From Eutreptiella sp. 'Long Island Sound 2002' (Eukaryota > Protista > Euglenida), in contig OZ038379.1 of NCBI GenBank assembly GCA_964036045.1, positions 19,530,001-19,594,000 on the forward strand: a DNA stretch of 64,000 nt, written 5' to 3'. Both the position numbers and the translations under genes were made by a program. The notes below the pieces were generated by a model. It ran no database searches. It saw nothing but the letters and a program-made list of their open reading frames with translations, and was not told where the DNA came from. Below are positions 1-12,625 of this stretch, piece after piece. Within the stretch, counting starts at the first letter, position 1. Each line of letters opens with the position of its first letter.

Positions 1-308
1 CGCACACGGAAACACAGCGAGGCAGGCTATGGACGGCCTGTGAACAGAGGCGCGTGGACAGCAAAAACAGTCAAACGACCCACGCAACAACCAGCACAAC
101 GTGGGCGCCGCTGACGCGCAAACGGCACATAGTGCCACAACCAGCACAGCCCCAGCACACCAACCACTGGGCTCCGAAAAACGACACCAGCAAGAGCACC
201 GGCCGCAGCGGCCGACAGAACCACCCGACGCAACATGCAAAGGGAAAAACGGGTGACTGTCCAGGGCCCCATAAAGAAACAACAACCCGACGGAATGTCA
301 CACAGGGG
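1..308 (+). repeat. Dispersed repeat family R1 (retroposon-like), 3' part; runs off the window start
   Basis: Clear similarity to copies at 19880-20735, 27669-28713 and 48232-48630; all end in ...ATGTCACACA(G/A)GGGG or GTCACACAGGGG. Confidence 0.9.
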
Positions 309-309
309 G

Positions 310-2250
310 CACAGGCCGTCAGCTGCGGTGAGGGCGTGTGGGTCCTCTGGCATGCCTCACTACCCCAAAGTGAAGTGCCATGTTTCCCTCAAGAGTGTCT
401 CCTGTGGCCCAGTGCACTCCCTAGCGCACCACGGTCACCTTATGGCTGTGGGCCTGACTTCACACTGCATGCGCACTGCATGCAAAGGTAGCAAGAACGC
501 ATACCACATACCCCGCATACTCGTGAAAAAGATGCCCTCCTTGGAGCACGAAATGCACCAACACACAATTCATGTGAAGACCCACTGTTCGCAACTTACA
601 CATTGCAACTGCTAAACAGCACCCGGTAGGTCTGTTGGATGTGATGCCACGGGCTTGAAAATAGGGCTCGGTAATCCCAGCAATATACAAACTCTGTACT
701 GCGCGCAAAGGCAGCCCGTGTCTTCAGGGTATAATCCTGAGGTCAACCATTCCACAATGATGTGGGGAACCTCCACAGTGCAGGATGGCTTCTTATTTAC
801 AAAGGCCATGTACAAGTGGTATCAGATGACATTTACGCCAAGAGAGGAAGAGCCTCTACTTCCATATACGGGGGGCTCTTCCTACATTCAGTGCAGCTAC
901 TGCAGGCTAGGGCAGTGGGAATCCTTAATCCTGATGCAAACGGGCCGAAGTGGCTGTGTTTTTAGGCTTCCATGGGGCAAGGGGGTTCATTCTTGCATGC
1001 CGCATGTCTTGAGCACCCGTGTTATCATGCCCTCGTAAGGATTGGTGAGACGTACTCATCTTGGGCGACTACTCCTTGTCTGGTCATGGCCCAACCAGGG
1101 GAACCATGTACGTTTCCCATCCATCAACCCACTGCCGGTCTGCAGCTGCCAGACTGGGACGCCAAAGATCAGGAACTCTGTTGTTTGCAGGCACTTGGAC
1201 CTCCCAAAGTTGGTGCACCTCAGCGGGCAGTGGTGTTGCGGGGCATCAGCCCTGTTTGTGGGGACCACTCGCCGACAGTTTGGTGTTCTCAACAGTTGGT
1301 GCCACAGCTGGGGTCCGAGGCCCAACCTTTCGGTCCCTGGGAGAGTTCGAAGGCCCTGCTTTAGTCCCGGCACCACATTGCGCACAACAAGTCATGGGTG
1401 TTCGAACCTGGGGCCATGGGTATGGCACAAATGCGTCCCAACCTTTCGACCAACCGGAGTTTCTTTGGTGGTCACTGGCGACCGACGGTGCCTATCAATA
1501 TTGCAGGTCCGCACATTTGCTCGCACAGGTGTCCTCAGTGCCAGTGAAACTTGTCATTGCAGCCTGCAACCCCGTTCTCCAGCCCAAATAACTTTTTTAA
1601 GCTGACCTGCAACCCTACCCCAAATGGCACCTTCGTGTGTAGCACCGTGCAGATCAAATGTTGACAAACTACAGCGGAGGAGGGGGCGGAATGGGGAGAG
1701 ACACATTCAGGTCTTGGTGTGGCGATCGCAGCCACCATGTGAAACTTCTCAGTCCAAGATGGAAATATTGGTATGGCTTCCGCTTCACACCCCACAACTT
1801 CTGGTGGTCACTATTCATCAGACGAGGAGGACATGCAACTTCCATCCATTGATATTGTTTTAATCGGTTCATCCATTATGCAGGTCTGCACCTGCCAGAG
1901 TCACGCACCAAAGACAGCAACAAGGTGACTCTGGTGGACTACAGGTAACAGAGGTACTCCAGAGGGATGCATGGCACTTAAGAGTGGTGAAGCGTGCCAG
2001 AGGATGTCACAGCTGCCAGCGTGTAAGGGGAACAAGATGGGGCCACATGAAGATCACACAACTCTTCCAGTTGGTGCAGCAATGTCATTCTGTGCGAAAC
2101 AACAAGCATGGCCTAATGCGGGCTGTGTGCAGGACCGATCAATGGACGACTGCATAGCAAAGAGCCCCCTCTCTCAAAGATCCGAATGCAGTCGTCGTCG
2201 TTGGCAGATGTCAATGAGCCGATTGCCAGTCAGGAAATGCTATCCTCCAC
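310..2250 (-). pseudogene. Possible decayed non-LTR retrotransposon ORF2, post-RT portion
   Basis: Frameshifted minus-strand fragments such as KKVIWAGERGCRL..VSLALRTPV and PWCARECTGPQETL (weak CCHC zinc-knuckle resemblance). Many stops; by-eye call only. Confidence 0.3.
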
Positions 2251-2426
2251 TCCCCAAACATATGCACGCACGCACGCGTGCGCGCACGCGCGTTCAAATG
2301 GGCTATAAACAGAGCCACACACACCACCGTCAATAGTTCGCCCCCATCCCAATGGGTAACTATGACATGGAGCGACAAGCGCCAAACACCAAGCAACACA
2401 AAAGAAGGAATACTGGCCCGCTTGAC

Positions 2427-2718
2427 CTGCCTTCTCTTCCGACGGTCGCACATGCACCGCTCGCAGCATCTCTTGCTCCCTGCGAAGGTTCTCTGCCTCG
2501 TAGCGTGCACGCTCGGTCGCATCCGTCAGCGCTGCGGAGGCCTGTTGAGCGCGCTTGAAGAGCTCTGTCGTGTCAACATGGCGGTTCTTATCAGGATGCA
2601 ACTCCAGCGCCTGCCTGCGAAATGCTCTGCGGACGTCCTCTGGGGTGGCAACGCGGGTAACGCCCAAAAGCTCATAATAGTTGAGCTCCATAGTCTCGCC
2701 AGGCGAGACAACGCAAGG
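2427..2718 (-). CDS. DnaJ (J-domain) protein exon; ATG at 2691
   Basis: MELNYYELLGVTRVATPEDVRRAFRRQALELHPDKN...LFKRAQQASAALTDATERARYE is a canonical J-domain with HPD. A (CT)n tract and CAG acceptor precede 2718 and a CAG|GT donor follows 2427. Confidence 0.9.
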
Positions 2719-2725
2719 CTGCAAT

Positions 2726-2772
2726 AGAGAGAGAGAGAGAGAGAGGGGGGAGGAGGGAGGGAGGGAGAGAGG
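2726..2772. repeat. (GA)n microsatellite and purine tract (polypyrimidine tract of the DnaJ exon)
   Basis: Direct reading. Confidence 0.9.
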
Positions 2773-3499
2773 AACAGGGAACGACGTACAACAGGGAGAG
2801 CCACCGCGTTGCATGTGTTTGTGTCTTGAGTCTTGACTCAAAGGACTGTTTCCTTGCGTTCTAAGCCACGTGAGGATATACAGGGGTCACAAACCCCCAC
2901 CTCCTCCTCCCTAACAACCAGCAATGTTCTTCCACTTGACAGGGGCGGGCCATGACGTCAGGTTTTGCATGATCCTGACCTCATGCCAGACTTCCTCAGT
3001 ACGATCGTAATCCGCCGTTCTGCATTCATCCGGGGGGGGGGGAGGGGCATGAAGGAAAGTGGGGAGGCAGGAGGGGGATAACTCGAGTGGCTGGGAGGGA
3101 TGTTCCTTGGACAGGACTGTAGACAAAGCTTAGCCCCGAAAACCTTCCAGGCCCCTGTCTGATGACCATCAAATGGACTCCCTATCATCTCGTTGCTGCT
3201 TGCCCTTGGCAGTGGACCTATAGCCACAGCCTGCAATATTCCGTGTTTTCCCCGCAAATTCCATTTAGAGATCCCGTCACGTGTGGCCCCGGGAGATAGA
3301 CATTTTCAGACTGGGGTTGGTGGGGTGGGGGGAGGGAGCACCGGGGCGCACTACTTTTCAGCAAGTGTCCTAGAGCTTAGTCCCAGATCTCCCCTATAGA
3401 AGCTCCGAAGCACACCAGAAAATCCCACCAAATCTGCCCATCAAAATGTGACATTTATTCTGCTCAACAACCAGTTTTGTCTCCACAGATTTTGTAATA

Positions 3500-5050
3500 A
3501 TTGCAAGGGGACACAAATGCAATGTATAATGCCTCTCATGTAACGGCACCTTGCAAGGTCCAGGGCATGGGACTGGACCAATTTACTGGGTTATTGGTAA
3601 AAGTATATGATAGTGGTGTAGCGGATTCTACACATAGACAAGCACCCCATGACCCACATGGCACCAAACCCCATATCCCATCATGTGGGGGCTGAGGGAT
3701 TACATAAACATGGTGCAGCAACTAGGGGTGTGTGTCTCCCTGTGGCTACAAGAGCGTGCCTGGCTAGCTGTGGGACCAGGGGCAAGTTGTTGCACTGCGT
3801 GCGCACTGCATGCACACTGCGTGCAGTGCCCACACGATGAACCTAGCCAGGGAGGAAGGGAGGAATATGCAGGCGTCACAGGCCCTTGTGTTGGTGGCCG
3901 TGGCCAAGCGCAATCTGCTATTGTGTGAGCGTGCTTGAAGATGGTGGCAGCTTTCCGGGGACATAGGCATTCTGCCTTGACCAGATTGGGGCCCAACTGG
4001 TAGCAATATGCAAGAATATGTGGGCCGTTACTGATAAGCCAGGCTACTGATTCCGGATGATCCGAGAGTGCGGATGAAGGGTTCAAGTATTGGCACATAA
4101 AGAGAATCCACAAAGGACATTGTTTCCTAAAGATAGCAAGGCAATGGCCATGAAGGTTGGAATCCGCTTTGGAGTGTTTAACAACCCACCTGCCGATTTC
4201 TTGCGTTGTGAATGTACACGACGTCCAGTGATTCCCCATCATCATAATCCACCATCCACCTACAACAAAGAACATGCAAAAAAACCGGGTAAAAATGGGC
4301 TAAAATGGCTGAAAATAGGTGAAATTGGGTGGCAATTCAAATGTGCCACATCCTCAATGCACAAGAAGCGTAAACAAACGTGTTATGGGACAACAAACTT
4401 GTGAAAAAGGGCCATAACTAGGGTTCAAGTAGTTGCCGGCGTACAAAAGTTTGCACTGTGTGCACGGCATTCCCCGGACCTATTCAACAAAGAAAGCTCA
4501 GATGATGGTATCATGATTAGTATGCAAGGCAAGGTGGTAGGGCTGGATCAAGATGTCGGCAGGTACATGGGAATGTGAGGGCACCACTAGATGATGGGGA
4601 TGGATGCTGCCGTAGGGCCATTCCTGAGGGAGGCATAGGATAGGACGGATATGGTACCATGATGGTAGCAAGCACAAGGATTAGCGGCCAGGCATGCTCA
4701 TAGCAAGATATATTGTGACGGCCTGAGGATTATTGCCCAAGTGAGTGGGTCTCAGACAAATTGGTCGGAGCTCATGGGAGCTGCCAAGTTTTGTTGCAGT
4801 ATTCTTGTGCTCCGCCTTTGCAAACATAGGTATCCTAGCCTCCAAAGGGGATAAAGTGAACATTGACATCAAAGCTGTGGTCGATCATGCAGCGTGCGCG
4901 CTACATAGGGTTTAAGTATGGACCTACAACAAATGATCGGGGGCATGCAACAACATAGCTAGCAGCTAAACGGAGGATGGATCCCAAGTCACCACACGGT
5001 AACACACACAGTACAAAGCACATGGATATGCCACTAACAGCCCCCCTCAA
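3500..5050 (+). pseudogene. Decayed non-LTR retrotransposon 3' region with RNase H domain
   Basis: Frameshifted RNase H-like motifs in the correct order: WYHDGS (4652-4669), SGSQTNWSELMGAA (about 4745-4786), NIDIKAVV (about 4860-4882), WIPSH (4978-4992). An upstream APCKVQGMGL resembles the P..GG.GL motif that follows RT. Confidence 0.55.
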
Positions 5051-5559
5051 ATTTGGCAATTCCCCACGATCCCTACTTGCATTGCAAGTGGGCCATGTGT
5101 GGAACAAAAAAAATCACCAGACACCGATCTAGCCCTAGCACAAAGGGCAGGGAGCGAGGAGCATGCCAATGTAATGAAGCACATTTGTGATTGGATTATC
5201 CAAGGGGCAAAAGGCATCAAATGTGAGAATGTATTTTTTCTTTGACCAAGCTGTAACAATGCTGCAACAGTAGGAGTAGGAGTAAATCTCGGATGGTAAG
5301 TACACTTGCAGGGTACCACACAACACTTTCCTCAATCAATTACATAGGTTGTCGCCAATGTTGCCAACAAGCATCGAATGTGAGAATGCATTGTGCAACT
5401 TCTTAGGGTACATCCCCATTTGCATCCTCCCTCCGCAGCACGCAAAAAGGGCCTTAAAGAAGGTCCCCCCTACCAGGGGTGGGGCAACACTTGGTATAAG
5501 CCGGATAAGGGTTGTAAATTGCTCCCCCATCCGCAACCCCAAACCAACAAGGCTGGTAA

Positions 5560-7040
5560 ACCCCTCCCTCCCAAGAACAATTGGGTGATAGTAGCGCCAT
5601 TAGCTGCACTGTGCGCCGGTTGAAACCCAAACCTTTGCACGGCCAAAAAATCCCCTATATATTGGCATGGGGACACTTTGCACTGCCAAAAAGCCCCCTA
5701 TATATGGCCAGGGGGTGCACCCACCACACCTGCCAGTCCAGCGCCTTCTGGAGGCGCACCCCCACCTAGAGCTGGTACACGATCGACAGCACAGTCAGGG
5801 GGCGCGTGTTGAGAGACCTGGCAGGCCTTCCTTCGGCACCAGCGTGGTGTACCCCCCGGCAAGGACCCTAGGCCAGTGCCCCTCCCGCTCGATGAGCTCA
5901 AGGAGTTCAGCCAACCAGTCACAAGGGCCATGGGCATCACCCTCATGGCCTCTACCGACCACCCATCCAATCCGAGGGCTGATGGGCGCATGGCCCGGGC
6001 CCTTCGCAACAGCCGCTCTCCAGTTAGCGGCCGGGTGATGGTCGTACGCCGCATGAAATCGTCTACCCTGGGCCTAGGACGGGCCGCAAATTTGCGGTTG
6101 AGCAGACCCCACGCCTGCTGCAACAGGCCATCCATCTACGGGGTGTTGGCAGACACCATGCCGTCTTGTCCAAGTAGGAACGTGACGGGCGGCGTGAGGT
6201 CGTTCCCCCGCAGCCACCAATAGACAGCGCCCTAGTTGGTCGTCTGGGCATCGTCTAGCCACTCACACTGGACCCGCAACCACTATTGGTCATGTTGGTG
6301 CAGGCGCGCCTGCTCCTTAGCCCGGAGGCGCCCCCGCTGGCGCTCTAGCACATCCACAAAGGGAGCATCACCAGCAGCCCTAGACGGGTGTAGCCCACAT
6401 ACTCCTGCTCAAGCCCCTGTAGCCGCCGGAGTGTGGCCAACACAACCTCGTTGGCAAACTGTGGCTCTTGCTGTCCTAGCCCAAGGGGGAGCCGTTTCAT
6501 CACCCCCTTTAGCCCACGGAGTGCGCACTACGCCACATGGATGCACACCAATGGGCAGGCGACTGGCCCGCCGTCGGGCGTTGTTGCTATGGGCATACGC
6601 GTGCGGACCATACAAGGCGTGTGGTGCCCCTGCCCCATTGGTGGTGCGGCAGGGCCACCGCCAAAGGGCAGCCATCCCAGAGGTCCTGGGGCTCTTACCT
6701 TGCAACACACAGCGCCAAAAGGACTTCTTCGGCAGCCCAAAACCACTGCTCTAAGATTGCGTCCATGTCGCGCAAGGCCAAAAGCTCCTCCCATCATGCC
6801 TACAGCACACAGACCATAGGTCCCACCAACTCCCCCATCATGCCCAATTCCATGGGGAGCACCATTAACCGCGGCAGCCGCACAAACCACTGTACTTGCC
6901 GATTAGCCAGCGGCATACTCAATCTGAACTCCACTGGGCAGTGCCCCAGAAATCCACCTTCTGGCAAGGCCTAGGCATCCTCCGCCAAGGACGCCGTGCG
7001 GACGTCCACCAGACATCCATCAATGCGGGACGGCTGAGTG
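5560..7040 (-). mobile_element. Decayed LINE-type retrotransposon ORF2: APE endonuclease C-terminus plus RT domains 0-2
   Basis: SRIDGCLVD (7003-7030) and GHCPVEFRL (6920-6946) resemble the APE C-terminal RID/SDH.PV motifs. Then PSALGLDGWSVEAMR, GYTTLVPKEG, RPLTVLSIVY and FGFQPAHSAANG are non-LTR RT motifs, broken by frameshifts and stops. Confidence 0.85.
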
Positions 7041-8599
7041 CCCGGCGGCCTCCAAAAATTGCGGAAGCAACGCGAAGTGTTGTTCAGACAAGAGGTTGTT
7101 TAGATGGGGGGAGGGGACCCATGGCATAAACGTTCCATGCTACATGGGGGCACCATCAGACACTTGCAAAAGAAACGAACCGCGCCTTTGGGTCCCTATA
7201 TCCCATGGATGCTCACGCTAAACACCAAGATTACGCACACCTAATGGTCTTGAACCCCTTGAAATCACCTTCCATGTTCCATGGGGTCACCTTTGGACAT
7301 GTGCAAAAGAAACCAACTTTTTTCGTCAAGCACTTGTATCCGGACCACACCACAAGATGCCAACTGTGTGTGTCAATGCATCACTACTTGCATGGGCAGT
7401 GGTGTATGGGGTCATCTTGCATGCAACAAAGTGTTTCACAGAGGCGGCACAACTACATGCACCCAATGGAGCACACTTGAGCACCGCAACTACGCTGTCC
7501 TCTTCCCTGCCAAGGACCTGTGGGCAAGTAAACTGGTCATCACAAGTCGGTCTTGGATGCAAGTCCCCTGGCAGATGTCTATTACGATCCAATGCCAGGA
7601 AAGACAAGAGCACCACCGCCTAGCGGCGATGCAGGTGACTGCTACGAAGACTGTGTCTGGAAACGCCATATGCCCTGACCAGTCAAAGAGCGTGTGCCCC
7701 CCCCCCCCCCCGAATAGTAACCATGGGGGGGTGCTCACTTTCAGTTCCAAATTTACTTAGAAGGTTAGATATTGAGCTTCTTCTTTGTGTTTCCTGGATT
7801 GTCATGGTTGTGCAGTTTTTTAGGCTCTCTTTTTGTAGTACAAGGTATCACATGGAATGCACAAAAATGTGTGGGAGCTAGCTTGGTTGTTGTTTCCCAC
7901 CAGCAATTTTTTCCATAATGTGTTTGATTCAATGTCAAATCCCTTTGGGGAAGGCGTAGCCTCATCAAAGCGACCCATGCTTCAGGGCTTTGCCAGCAGG
8001 ACATAGGTACCGGAGCATGTTGGGCTTCATATTGCCGCCAAGAGGTAGGAAGAGTTTGTTGGAGGGAATTCATAACTATTGGGTTTCACGGGACAACGCG
8101 CATTGGAAACCGGCATAGATGCGGGGGTGGGGTGAGATGGGGGGCGTAGGGACTAAAGTAAAAGTTTAGCAAAGATTGAAATTTTTCAACTCCCAGAATG
8201 CTTTGCCGTATGCACGGCAATCAGGCTGTAAGCCATGCCATTATCCATGATTTGTCTCTGTTCGATGAACTGCACCCAACCTGGACCTTGTCCTTCAGCC
8301 TTTGTTTTCAACCGAGCTTTTTGCAGCCTGGTGCCAATTTTGGAGATCCACGTGCCGTAGGTGCAACAGCGATGGTGGGGTGCATATGGCTAAGCGAGCC
8401 TCCATATACCACACCCCCCCCCTGTCCTTCCCCACCCCAGGGAAGACGGTCCCGCACCACCCCCTGGGGGACGGTCACCAAGTGACGGTCCCCCACCCCC
8501 CCTTGGGGAACCGCACTACCACTGTACACGCACATTTGCAGGCACAGAAATTGCAGCATAAAACGAAAGAATTCAGCATAAGATACGTTCAAAGGGCTG

Positions 8600-9490
8600 C
8601 CAATGTACGGAGACCTACTCCTTGACCAGCTCGGTGTACATTTTCTTGGTCCTGCTCCACTTGACCTCGAACTCTTGCACATGCTCACCACTTTCCACTG
8701 GAATGCTTGGGGCAGCACTCTTGGGTGGTGGTTTTACCACAACAACACAGTGCGCTGCAACGAAATTTTTGGGTTGAGCAAGTGACGCCCCCCCCCCCCC
8801 CCCCGGGGAAGGACAAGGGGTGGGGAAGGACAAGGGGGGGGGGGGTACCATCACTCCACATGTTCCTTGCAGAGGACAGTTGGCACAGGCGTTCATGGCA
8901 GAACAGCATAATCTAGCACTTGAGACAGTAACTAGCAACTGTCATGGGCATCAGGTGCTGTGGAATAGAAGCCCTTCCGACCTGCCGCCTCATCTTAAAC
9001 AACTGGAAATGCTTGCCCTTTGGGGCTAGCTTTGGAGCAAATTTAGTGGCAGGTTTAAAAATGGGTTTAGGCTTCCAACTCTTTGGCACAAAGTTGCCAT
9101 CCACAGTATCCTTCGTGAAGGAGAGCATGCCCTGAAAAACATGGCCCAAACACCACAGGCGATTTTTGCCCACACAGCCTCCACTGTATCAGCCTCCCCA
9201 GAATCTGAGGCAGACAAAGAGTCCTCGTAAGCGAGAAGTTCAGAATCAGAATTAGAATCAGCTGAGAATCGCATCAAAACAAACAGCATTGGGTTGCAAT
9301 GTGTGGTGAAATCATGTCTTCAGCAGAATGAACAATCATAAACATGATTTAGCTCCTCATTGCCCTCACAAACGCCCAATCTTACAGGACCACAAAAAAA
9401 AAGGCAGCAGTCCCAAAAAAATCCTAAACACAGCGGCTCAACGCTTACCCCGTGCTTAGACAAGGCCATGCAAGCACAAGGGGGGGAGCG
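8600..9490 (-). mobile_element. Decayed repeat H, uninterrupted paralogue of the sequence into which the 14880-18473 element inserted
   Basis: The reverse complement of 9330-9490 aligns across 14815-14879 joined to 18479-18540; 8945-9025 aligns to 18625-18705 (PKGKHxQLFKMRR.VG). Confidence 0.7.
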
Positions 9491-9959
9491 GGGGGGGGGG
9501 GGGTTAGTGTGTGGGATTTTTTTGGTGATTATTAAAATCACTGTGTGATATTACGGAGGGAAATCTGTAGGAGAGAGTCCGACACTGTCAGCGGCGTACC
9601 AGCAGCGGCAGCCCAGGCAGCGGCAGCTTTCTCTACCACCCACACCTAGATCCAGCCTTGTGGTGGTGAAAGGTTAGGTCTGCTTCTGTGAAGGTTAGGC
9701 TGCTGCTTCTTTTGCCCCGCGGTGTGACAGAACCTGTGGTTCCTTCCCCTGGGATTTCCCAACTATCACACTGGCGGCCCTGATAGCAGCTTGGGGCTGA
9801 ATATTTACCAAACACATCCGAAATACTTCCGAACATGCAAATGAAGTTTGACCTTGGCAGTAGAGAAAATATGAGGAAGGAAAAAGCACCAATGGAAAGA
9901 ATCAACAAGACTAAAGATCAAACAAAACAGGCAGAGGGAGGGAAAGAGAGAGACAACGA

Positions 9960-9963
<4 letters not shown>

Positions 9964-10010
<47 letters not shown>
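9964..10010. repeat. (GA)n microsatellite
   Basis: Direct reading. Confidence 0.95.
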
Positions 10011-10016
<6 letters not shown>

Positions 10017-11068
10017 AGGGGTGAAAGTCATGAAGGTCGTGGGGTGCAGGCGTGGCGGCGTCGCGTACCTGACCTTTTGCCCCCCCCTTCCCATACTTTC
10101 GGGGTACAGGGGGGGCGACCATCAGCCAATGCAGCAACCGCAGCACGTTCGTTGCAGTGACATAACCACAACCCCCATGATGTCACAGCTCACCTTCGAG
10201 GGGAGACCCGGGCCTGCTCGTCAGAGCCCCTGGGGCGGGAGTTCCCCTTCCCCTGGGGGTCTGCCCCCCCTGTTCCCCCGTGCCCCCTCACATACAAAAG
10301 GGACGACATCAAGGATTTGGCCTTTGAAGCTCCAAGAAGCTGGTTCGCAAGTGTAAGGGTCACAGAGGTATGCGTGAGAGAGCGAGGGCTGTTTAGAACC
10401 AGATCGCAGTCCCAAGGGGGGGGGGGGCTTCAAAGCGTGCACATAGAACTCCAGCTCAGGGCACAGATTCGGGTTTCACAGGGGAGTCTGGGAGTCACAC
10501 CAGACAACCCCAACAATGCGAGGGTCCAAAAGGGGGCCGAGCGCCCCGGAGTTGAGATGTTGGGAGGAGAAATTGCCGGGGCACAAAGCTCGCAGCAGCA
10601 CATTCTGCAGCCATGCTACACTCGTGGCAGGGGCTTGGCACACACCCGTGTACATCGGGGGTGTCCCCCTCTGAGACATGTCAAACGGCTGGTCTACATC
10701 CGCAACCCCTGCAAACCGCTGTGTAGCCGCCAACGCCCTGGGGCTGGGCTTGTGGCACCTTTGATCAAGCCATTGTGCAGCCATCAAAGAACCCACGCCG
10801 AAGTTTCATTGAGGGTCAAATTGGGTGGCGCGGGCTTTGCATTCAACACAACGCACACGATGCCCCTGATGGATCCCCTCGTCGCGCTGATACCGCAAGG
10901 TACGTCACATGAGCAGAGCTGTGTGTCGGCCACAGTCGCTTGCGGTCATCAAAAGCGTAGGGCTGAGGGTGCCCCAGCCCCCACTTGCCGCACACGCGCT
11001 TGCTCAGCAGCAACCGCAAGGCGCCGGGAGCGGGGGCCTTTTGTCCCGCGCACCGACCCCCAAAGGGC

Positions 11069-12010
11069 TCAAACGAAGCAGAGAATGTACGCCGGATACG
11101 CCTGCCTGTTGTCCCATTTGATCATACACATTCTTCTCATCTTCAATGGAAGTCTCGTTCATGTAGCCAACCTTAGCAGCCACGGGGCGTTGGTTTTCAT
11201 TGTCCCACATGAGCCACACAAGCCCTGAGCCGCCAGCTGCAGCCAACACGTGTATTGGCGTGAACTTATCGCCGAGTGTGCCACCGCGGTCATATCGGCG
11301 AGAAGACAAGTCGAGCAACGGTACCCAATGGCCACCACCAACATAAATCCTCACTTCATCAGTTTTTTCAACTGATGGAGTCACTACAGTCACAGCAGGC
11401 ACTACTTTGTTTGTCGCCATCCTCACCCTTAAAGTACTCCACATCATAAACTTCATCCAACACTTCCTCAACAGGCCCCGAAAATGTACGCTCAATGAAA
11501 TCCTTCCTGTTTGGCTGTAGCGACGTAAATGTCCGGCGGTTGTCTATCGCAGAAGGTGTCGTACCGCCGGAAGATCTTGGACGCAGGAATGACCTCGGGC
11601 CTCACGTCCCTCGAGTCCCCCCTCGTCCGGTCCGCACCGGTCAACAGCACCATGAAGGCCACGCTGGATGCGGGCGGTGCCCCGCTCTGTACAAGCTCCA
11701 GCGGAGGAATGCAGCAGTACCGCTTGCTCACCTTCAGGCGTGCCCCGAAGTACGCGCCGTGGCCGTAGGCGTTCTTGCTGTGGTCAGTGTGCCAGCGCCC
11801 AAAAGGCACATCAAGTCTTCACCTTTTCTCAGGCAGGCGGGACCACTTGGGCCACGTTCTCCTCCGACTCGCCAAAGTGCGCCCCAAAGCCACGGGGCAC
11901 GCGACAGCACCGCTTCTACTGCTCTTCTGCGACACCACCACAGAGCTCGGGGGTTCCTCGCCCCACACTCCCGTGTGTACCTGTGTTCACTGTTCTGCAC
12001 TTCGTGGTGC
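11069..12010 (-). pseudogene. Decayed PARP-family ADP-ribosyltransferase catalytic domain, split by an insertion
   Basis: HEVQN; NAYGHGAYFGARLKVSKRYC (YG.G.YFA..S..Y signature); RRYDTFCDRQPPDIYVAT; and, 402 nt downstream, NRQAYPAYILCFV* (QAYPEYLI motif, stop 11069-11071). The HG motif region is frameshifted. Confidence 0.8.
11112..11330 (-). pseudogene. Protein kinase N-lobe fragment inside the PARP remnant
   Basis: DKFTPIHVLAAAGGSGLVWLMWDNENQRPVAAKVGYMNETSIEDEKNVY gives the Gly-rich loop, VAxK and alphaC Glu; no C-lobe follows. Confidence 0.7.
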
Positions 12011-12625
12011 CCCCGGACCAACGGCTAGGGGACTGGGTCTTGGAAAACCTGATCAACAAGGCGTTCACGCCTGGGGACCCCCCCCCAGGTCCGGACGTTG
12101 CATCCCGCGTCACCGCGCGGCCGCAGATCGCGTGTGACGCTCCCGAGACGGACCCAGGACCCCCGAGCACACCCCAGAGAGGGTTCCGGTAAGATTTCTC
12201 GCTGGACCGATCCAACGGCGGTCTTTCGAAAGGGTCAGACTAGCGGGACAAATGCCACACATGCCGTGGTCGCAGCGCTTGCACACGAGGTCCCTGGGGA
12301 CTGTCAGCCACGGTCGGGCGACGGCTTCGGGCCGGCGATGGTTGCATCACGAGGTTAGTAGCGGTCAGGCACAAGTGGATGGTACTTAGTTAGGCACATC
12401 GAAACGGCCAGTTGGTTGGTGGCACGATTCGGCTGTTGGCTTGGTAAACGGGCTGGGGCGGTCATCGGCGGTTGGGAATAGCCATTCAGGCGTCGACGGA
12501 TCAGAGGCAGTGATCCCGAGTGTCCCCTCAGCCGCTGTCCACACTGCCGCTGGCTCGGAGGCACTGACCCAGAAGCGACGTCACACATACTCGACCCCCT
12601 CCACACGTCCCTCTCTCGATCGGAC

